The notes under the pieces: model-generated
What the model saw: the letters and a program-made list of their open reading frames with translations, nothing else
Databases searched by the model: none
What the model was told of the DNA's origin: nothing
DNA from: a virus
Lineage: Duplodnaviria > Caudoviricetes
Length of the DNA: 64,000 nucleotides
IMG/VR virus record: IMGVR_UViG_2896262711_000007
Span: 1 to 64,000 of that record
Direction: 5' to 3' (one strand)
In this document: piece after piece, positions 58,601-64,000 of the stretch
How positions within the stretch are numbered: position 1 is the first letter of the stretch
Layout of the letters: each line of letters starts with the position of its first letter
Made by a program: the position numbers and the translations under genes

Positions 58601-58615
58601 GAACTTTTCAAGAAC
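58601..58615. promoter_or_regulatory. Alphaproteobacterial LexA (SOS) box
   Basis: GAAC-TTTTCAA-GAAC (GAAC-N7-GAAC) about 60 bp upstream of umuD. Confidence 0.8.
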
Positions 58616-58654
58616 ATTGATGGCTTGACACACAGGTGGGAACCGGGGGGGGTG

Positions 58655-59035
58655 TGGACTTTGGGGGCGCCCGGAGCTTCGTGTGGACTCTTGGGGCGCG
58701 CAAGTTCACCTGAGCGGATATCGAATGATCTGCCTCGGTTGAGGGTGTGTGGACTCTGGGGGCCCAAGCCTCGCTTCAGATCAACACCGCAACGGTCCAG
58801 CAGATGTTTGGACTCTAGGGGCGGATCCCGATTCGGTTTGGCGCAGCCCGATTCGTGCCAAGAACAACGAGCGCAGATGAGTTGAACACAAGTCATCCGT
58901 GGACTATAGGGGCAATCCCATGGACTCTGGGGGCGAGCGAATCGACGCGAATCGGGAAATCCCGTGGACTTTAGGGGCGAATCAAATAGTAAGATAACTA
59001 CTAGCTGTTCAAATAGCTTGCGCCCCCAGAGTCCA
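58655..59035. repeat. Iteron array/replication origin: 7 direct and 1 inverted copy of TGGACT(C/T/A)T(G/A/T)GGGGC with an AT-rich tract
   Basis: Copies at 58655, 58684, 58750, 58809, 58900, 58921, 58965 and inverted at 59022; AT-rich 58979-59020; directly upstream of repA. Confidence 0.9.
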
Positions 59036-59088
59036 ACTTGAAGAAGTTGGTGTCGGCCGTCATCCTGTCGCCGGATCAGGAGTAGGCC

Positions 59089-60021
59089 ATGGCTGAAATT
59101 CACCAGCTCATCATCAAGCACGGCCGTGATGAAGCCAAGCGGCTTGTCTCGGTCGAAGACCGTCAATATGTCGACATTGCCGCTCGGATGCTGGCTGAAG
59201 AGAATCCAGCCCTTGGCATCACCTACTCCGGGTTCTGCCTTACGGCTTTACCACATAAGCGCCTCGAAGATGACGCCGTCTGGCGTCGGCAGGGACATAA
59301 GGTCCGGCTGATCATCGAGCCTGGTCGTCTGCCCCTTCCCGGTGGTGAAGACAAGCTCTTCGGCGTCCCATTCGGCAGCCGTGCCCGCCTGATGCTGCTC
59401 TATCTCCAGACTCGCGCTATCCAGACCAGCTGCCCGGAAGTCGAACTCGGCCGGAGCATGCGTGAATGGATGAGCCGTATGGGCGTGCCCATCGGCGGAA
59501 AAAGCTATCGGGATATCAAAGAACAGGCAAATCGAATTTCCGCCTGCAATTTGACCTTCGTGTGGGATGACGATGGCCGCAAGGCCAAGTTCGCAAAGGA
59601 CTCAATCGTCAAGGGCGGCATCCAGCTTTACGAAGCTGACGATGACAACCAACCTCGTCTATGGGTCGACACCGTCAGGCTTGGCGATAATTTCTACAAA
59701 GCGCTGACGGACCACCCGGTGCCGATTGCAGAACCCGCGCTGAGGCATATTTCCAACCAGAGCATGGCGATCGACATCTATATCTGGCTTGCCTACCGCT
59801 TGCACTCCTTGGACAAGCCAGCCCCGGTCACCTGGGCAGCGCTGCACGGCCAGTTCGGCGCCGGTTATGACCGCATCCGAAAGTTCAAGGAGAGGTTCAT
59901 CGAGCCGCTGAAGGCTGCCCTGGCAGTGTATCCGGAAGCGGACGTCGAGATCACGGACGAAGCCGTGATCCTGAAGCCATCCGCGCCTCCGATCCCAGAG
60001 AAGCAGTTCCTCATCAGGTAG
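59089..60021 (+). CDS. repA: Plasmid replication initiator (RepA_C/IncW-like family)
   Basis: TALPH, GVPFGSRARL.LLYLQT.A, LGRSM.EW..RMG, HPVP, A.D.Y.WLAYRL, W.AL..QFG, VYP.A. Confidence 0.9.
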   Translation: MAEIHQLIIKHGRDEAKRLVSVEDRQYVDIAARMLAEENPALGITYSGFCLTALPHKRLEDDAVWRRQGHKVRLIIEPGRLPLPGGEDKLFGVPFGSRARLMLLYLQTRAIQTSCPEVELGRSMREWMSRMGVPIGGKSYRDIKEQANRISACNLTFVWDDDGRKAKFAKDSIVKGGIQLYEADDDNQPRLWVDTVRLGDNFYKALTDHPVPIAEPALRHISNQSMAIDIYIWLAYRLHSLDKPAPVTWAALHGQFGAGYDRIRKFKERFIEPLKAALAVYPEADVEITDEAVILKPSAPPIPEKQFLIR

Positions 60022-60032
60022 CATTCCAAGCT

Positions 60033-60064
60033 GTGGACTTTAGGGGCGCGCCCCCAGAGTCCAC
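60033..60064. repeat. Head-to-head iteron pair downstream of repA
   Basis: GTGGACTTTAGGGGC-GC-GCCCCCAGAGTCCAC; same repeat unit as the origin. Confidence 0.85.
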
Positions 60065-60192
60065 TCCCGCCCTGGATGGGAAGCTGCTCCAGGGTCGAAA
60101 TGTCCCGCCCCTATTGGCGTTGACACCGTCGGCATCGGTGCCGCACCTTCCCCCAACTGCGGGCGCTTCAATCGTCCGGTGTTGGGGGAACC

Positions 60193-60828
60193 ATGAAGAT
60201 CCTGTTGATCCTGAACGGCAAGGGCGGCGTCGGGAAGACCACGACAGCCCGGAACATGGCTGCGGCCGCCGCGGCGGCTGGCCTGAAAGTCGCCACGTTC
60301 GACACAGACCCTCAAGGTACGCTCACGAAGTGGTGGCAGAAGCGCCCGGAAGGGGCGCCGACAATCGACCACTACCAGGAATCGTTGGCTGACCTGGAGG
60401 GGCCGGTCGAGGCGCTGGAGGGTATCGACCTGCTGGTGATCGACACCCCGACGGCTATCGAAATGGCCGGCATCCGGCCGAACGCCGAGAAGCTGATCGA
60501 TCAGGCCGATCTGATCCTCACGCCCCTGCAGGCGACTCCCGAAGATCTGGAGTCCGTCCGCGGCACCCTCATGCTCATTCGCTCGCGCGGGAAGGCAACC
60601 ACCTTCGTCCTGAACAAGGTGAAGCCGCGGGTGAAGGAAGTGACCGACGCTCGGCGCGGGTTGGCCGGCGGTGGTGAAGTGGCACCCGTCGACCTTCCTG
60701 ATCTGGCGGAGGTCTATCGCAGCTTCTCGGCCGGGCTCGGGGTCGTTGAGGTTGCCGGCGCCAAGTCGGTCGAGGATTTTGTCGCTCTCTGGCAGTACGT
60801 GTCCGGCAAGCTCGGGTTCAAGTCATGA
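60193..60828 (+). CDS. parA: ParA-family partition ATPase (short type Ib-like)
   Basis: GKGGVGKTT, DTDPQG, VIDTP, ADLILTP, VLNKV. Confidence 0.92.
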   Translation: MKILLILNGKGGVGKTTTARNMAAAAAAAGLKVATFDTDPQGTLTKWWQKRPEGAPTIDHYQESLADLEGPVEALEGIDLLVIDTPTAIEMAGIRPNAEKLIDQADLILTPLQATPEDLESVRGTLMLIRSRGKATTFVLNKVKPRVKEVTDARRGLAGGGEVAPVDLPDLAEVYRSFSAGLGVVEVAGAKSVEDFVALWQYVSGKLGFKS

Positions 60829-61418
60829 AGAAGGCCACCAAGACCGCGGTGTCGGACATCCGATTCGACGACATCCAGGCACCCTCCCCTATTCCCGCTG
60901 GTGCCGTCAAATCTCTAGCCGGCGAGAGTTTTGAGGAGTCCATCAATCGCCTGTTGGAGGAGAGCCGGGAACGGTTCGTGCTTGTCGGCGAGATCCTGCT
61001 CGACTGGAAAGCCAGCGTACCGCATGGCCAATTCGTAAAGCTCATCAACGAGCGGATCGAAGCCGGCGCGCTGCGCAATCTCAGCTATCAGAGCGCCAAT
61101 CGGTACATGACGGTCGCCGCCGCGTTGCGCAATGGGTTCGTCGGGCCGGACGATCTCCCGAAGGAGTCGGAGGCCGCTTACCTGCTCACCTCACTCAAGG
61201 AGGATGAGCTGAAGATCGCCAAGAAGGAAGGGCTCGTCCGCTCGACAGTGCGGAAGGCCGAACTGACGGCGTTCCGAAAGCGCCTGCGGGCGCCCTCCCC
61301 CGCCTCGGCGCCCGACCGCCGGGCCGAGTTGCTGCGGGAGATCGAGCGTGCGAAGGACGAGGAGCGCCGGTGGGCCGAACGCCGGGCCCAGCTGGAAGCG
61401 GAGTTGGCTGCTCTGTAG
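60825..61418 (+). CDS. ParA partner with DUF3102-like domain
   Basis: ATGA overlap with parA; VGE.LL..K..VPHGQF, LSYQSANRYM.VA; C-terminal coiled coil. Confidence 0.6.
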   Translation: MKKATKTAVSDIRFDDIQAPSPIPAGAVKSLAGESFEESINRLLEESRERFVLVGEILLDWKASVPHGQFVKLINERIEAGALRNLSYQSANRYMTVAAALRNGFVGPDDLPKESEAAYLLTSLKEDELKIAKKEGLVRSTVRKAELTAFRKRLRAPSPASAPDRRAELLREIERAKDEERRWAERRAQLEAELAAL

Positions 61419-61506
61419 CGCCAGGGCTTAGTCGGTTGAACGGGTGGCCACGTCAGGCGGGTCTCCGCTCCTTTCCACCCTGCCCTTCTCCTCAGACTGC
61501 TGTGGC

Positions 61507-62370
61507 TCAGCCGCCCCCCGCGGCGTCGCTATTCGCCATCGGCGGGACGCTGGCCAGCCGACGGATCGTATCGAGCGCGTTCTCCGCTTGCCCGGCGATC
61601 CGGATCAAATCCGGCCCTGCCCCGCAGTTCGGACCGATGGCGCCAGATGCGATCATCTGGATTTCCTCCAGCGCCTGCGTCACCGCCTGAAGCGCGCCTT
61701 CCGCCCGCTCACGGGCGTGGGTTGCATTTTCCAGAGGACCGGCTGGTGACCGCATTTCCAGTTCGGTGAAGCTGTTGCCGAGGGCGATCTTGCTCAGCCA
61801 TGCGAGGGCCTTGCCGAATTGAGGGTCACAGTCACCGTTGGCGAAGTGCAGCAGTCGGGCGGCGCGGACGGCTTCCGCGCATAGCATTTCTGCCTTGGTG
61901 GCGCGGGCCTTCCATTCGTCGCGGTCGTGGCAAGCGACATGGAGCGCCGCGGCGTCCTTTTCGAATTGCGACCGTACGGCATCGGCAGAGGCTATTTCTT
62001 CCTGCTCGCCCTCACGCGCATCGTCCCGTTCGGCCGTCAGCCGCTTGATTTCCGCCTCCTGGTCTGCGATCTGCCGGGCCTGTTCGCGGATCATGGCGGC
62101 GGCGCGATCCAGCAATTCAGCATCGGCTCCGCCAAGTGCCTCGCACACTGGGTCAGCGCGGTCTTCAAGTTCGGACGCCAGTTCCTCTGGCGACAGGTCG
62201 GAGCCCCTGTGTGGCTGCTGACCGTTCGGGCGAGCGCAGGCCCCGTCCGCCATTGCTTGGCAACTCCAGCCGGCGCCATCCTGGAATCGGGCGCAGTCCG
62301 GGTGAGTGCAGGCGCGGACGCCGTGGGGATCGCGGTCCATCGGCATGTCAGTGGGTGTGGGGTCCGTCAT
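61507..62370 (-). CDS. Phage early-region coiled-coil hypothetical protein
   Basis: ATGA overlap with the upstream gene; heptad-rich core; N-terminal Cys cluster. Confidence 0.6.
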   Translation of the reverse strand: MTDPTPTDMPMDRDPHGVRACTHPDCARFQDGAGWSCQAMADGACARPNGQQPHRGSDLSPEELASELEDRADPVCEALGGADAELLDRAAAMIREQARQIADQEAEIKRLTAERDDAREGEQEEIASADAVRSQFEKDAAALHVACHDRDEWKARATKAEMLCAEAVRAARLLHFANGDCDPQFGKALAWLSKIALGNSFTELEMRSPAGPLENATHARERAEGALQAVTQALEEIQMIASGAIGPNCGAGPDLIRIAGQAENALDTIRRLASVPPMANSDAAGGG

Positions 62371-62558
62371 CGCGCGGGCTTCCGGTATTCGCAGCGGACT
62401 TCGATGGCCTGACCATTCCGAGCAGGCCACATCGCCAGCTTCTTCATCTCCTGGCAAACGGACGGTGTGGTGTCCTCGTCGATGACGACTTGCCGCTCAA
62501 GCTTGCCCGCGTCGTTCAGCACGACGAGCACAAGCAGAAGGTGGACGGTATGGGCCAT
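62367..62558 (-). CDS. Small phage hypothetical protein
   Basis: GAGG RBS; hydrophobic N-terminus; two Cys. Confidence 0.55.
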   Translation of the reverse strand: MAHTVHLLLVLVVLNDAGKLERQVVIDEDTTPSVCQEMKKLAMWPARNGQAIEVRCEYRKPAR

Positions 62559-62562
62559 GGCC

Positions 62563-62793
62563 TCATCCCTCCCCGCTCATAATCCGCCGCACTCGGAAGA
62601 TCGGCCGGCCGTACTGGTTCAGCAGTCCGGTGGGCTCTTCCGTCACCCACTCCCGAACTTCCGGCACCGGCGCCGGCCGAAGGAGCTTCTCCTCGAGCCC
62701 GTCTCCCGGACCGGTCAGCAGGCCGTTGGTGTGGGCATCGACCATCGACCGCAGAAGGTCGTGGCGCTGCTGCCTGTTGAATTCACAGCCCAT
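62563..62793 (-). CDS. Small phage hypothetical protein
   Basis: GGAGG RBS; TGLLNQYGRPIFRV motif. Confidence 0.55.
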   Translation of the reverse strand: MGCEFNRQQRHDLLRSMVDAHTNGLLTGPGDGLEEKLLRPAPVPEVREWVTEEPTGLLNQYGRPIFRVRRIMSGEG

Positions 62794-63820
62794 CGCTTGC
62801 CCCCTCCCCGCGCGCTGCATCCAGCACGGTCTTGCCTGCGTCTGTGAGATCCCACACGCTGTCGCCCGGCTGAATGTCCAGGTGCTTGGCCTCTTCGGCG
62901 GACGCGGGGTGTTGCGCGATCAGCCCCGCTTCCGCGAGCTGCGGCCCACAGATATGGCCTTCGCTGTCCTGCCAAGCATCGATCATGTCGGCCGGCGTGC
63001 TGATCTCGCTGACCGCGGTGCCCGGGCACCCTTCCCCGCCGCATTCGCCTTCCGCGCCAAGCTCGGTCGCGTCGCCCAGCCAGCCGCATTGTGAGCAGCG
63101 AACCGGCGTAGGAGACCGAGCACCCTGCCCTGCTGCCGTGAGGTTCTCTTGCGATGAGCTCGCGCGGGCTGCTGCAAGGTAGGCAGCCTTGGCGGCGCGG
63201 CTCATGTCTTCCCACATCTCGTGGGCATCGTCCCACATCGGCGGGGTATCGGCAGATTGCAGGGCCCATGCGATACGCTTGGCCTTCTCGGTCAGATCGT
63301 CTGGGCTGGTCGATAGCGCCGCACTCGACACGCCGTCGCCGCGATAGGCGTCCATGCGGCCGGCAATCTGCCGCGCGTCATCGACCCTGTCCGAAGCACC
63401 TCGATCCGCTTCCCGCAGGCCAGCCCAGCACCGAACAGCCTCAGCCGCGTTACGATCACGCCCCAGCAGGACGAAGAACGGCTCGCCGGGGCGCAGCTTC
63501 TGGAGGCATGGGTTGCCCGACACAGCGGAGAGAATGCTCTCTAACTCGTCCAACTTATCGAGGACGAGGTTGATGTTGTCCTGGCTTCCTGGACTGGTAG
63601 ACGCGAAGTGATACGTCTCCTCCAGCGCGGCGCGGGCCTCGGCGAAGGCCGTCTGTGCGCCTTCCGGAAGCGTCGGCGCCGGCAGGGTAACAGCGGGCGC
63701 GGCGGTGAGCGCAGCCTTGATGATCTCGTCGGCCTGGCTGGCGGGCAGGGCGATGCCCAGCCTTAACGCCGCGTCGGAGGCGGCAACGCACATGCTGGGG
63801 CTGACAGTGATAGTCGTCAT
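62783..63820 (-). CDS. Phage early-region multidomain hypothetical protein
   Basis: GAGGA RBS; PGEPFFVLLGRD..A..AVRCWA module; CSQCGW zinc ribbon. Confidence 0.7.
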   Translation of the reverse strand: MTTITVSPSMCVAASDAALRLGIALPASQADEIIKAALTAAPAVTLPAPTLPEGAQTAFAEARAALEETYHFASTSPGSQDNINLVLDKLDELESILSAVSGNPCLQKLRPGEPFFVLLGRDRNAAEAVRCWAGLREADRGASDRVDDARQIAGRMDAYRGDGVSSAALSTSPDDLTEKAKRIAWALQSADTPPMWDDAHEMWEDMSRAAKAAYLAAARASSSQENLTAAGQGARSPTPVRCSQCGWLGDATELGAEGECGGEGCPGTAVSEISTPADMIDAWQDSEGHICGPQLAEAGLIAQHPASAEEAKHLDIQPGDSVWDLTDAGKTVLDAARGEGASDGL

Positions 63821-63859
63821 GGTTTCATCCTCAGTGCCGATGGCACGGTTGAAGGGGAA

Positions 63860-64000
63860 TCAGCGCCCGCCGGCGAGCGGCGCGCCGAAGGTCCAGAAGG
63901 CAACGGAGCCGGATCGGAAATCCTGGTACCGGCGGGCGAGGGCAGGGCGGATCAGTTCTTCAAGCAGCCAGACCGGGATGCCGCGAGGGTCCATGTCCAT
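63860..64000 (-). CDS. Small hypothetical protein, possibly 5'-truncated by the window edge
   Basis: Frame open from 64000 (MDMDPRGIPVW...) to TGA at 63860. Confidence 0.35.
   Translation of the reverse strand: MDMDPRGIPVWLLEELIRPALARRYQDFRSGSVAFWTFGAPLAGGR

Larger units (their letters stand above)
1..64000. mobile_element. Temperate siphovirus-type phage-plasmid (extends beyond window)
   Basis: Complete packaging, head, tail and lysis gene set plus repA, iterons, parA and umuDC; no integrase or host housekeeping genes in the window. Confidence 0.9.

Noticed and set aside
58655-59035. Repeat array as a CRISPR
   Set aside because: Units are 14 bp with irregular spacing, one is inverted, there are no cas genes, and the array adjoins repA, so these are iterons

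Overview
The whole window is a GC-rich alphaproteobacterial temperate siphophage that appears to replicate as a plasmid (phage-plasmid). The host is inferred to be Rhodospirillales/Azospirillum-like, from the MucR gene, the GAAC-N7-GAAC SOS box and codon style. Gene order: late-regulator-like gene; DNA-modification block (ParB-like, C5 cytosine MTase-like, CmoA-like); terminase; portal; N6/N4 MTase; MuF; XkdF-type protease; scaffold; capsid; neck and tail genes with a -1 frameshift chaperone; a 3218-aa tape measure with a lytic transglycosylase domain; tail tip and fibres; and a lysis module split by an accessory cassette. A plasmid backbone follows (SRAP, GAF-GGDEF, hydrolase, PLD nuclease, SOS-regulated umuDC, iteron origin, repA, parA and partner), then early genes. 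Best leads: (1) a C5-MTase with motif X Asn replaced by Arg next to a CmoA-like gene, a candidate natural DNA cytosine carboxymethylation system; (2) a portal fused to a PBECR-type RNase domain, followed by a multi-stem RNA rather than an immunity ORF; (3) head polyproteins punctuated by hydrophobic-x-K-[A/S/G] motifs; (4) a signalling cargo of a Tyr-less BLUF protein, a pseudo-receiver flanked by ~108-bp inverted repeats, a CheY-like receiver, a diguanylate cyclase and MucR. All family calls come from motif recognition by eye; no searches were run.
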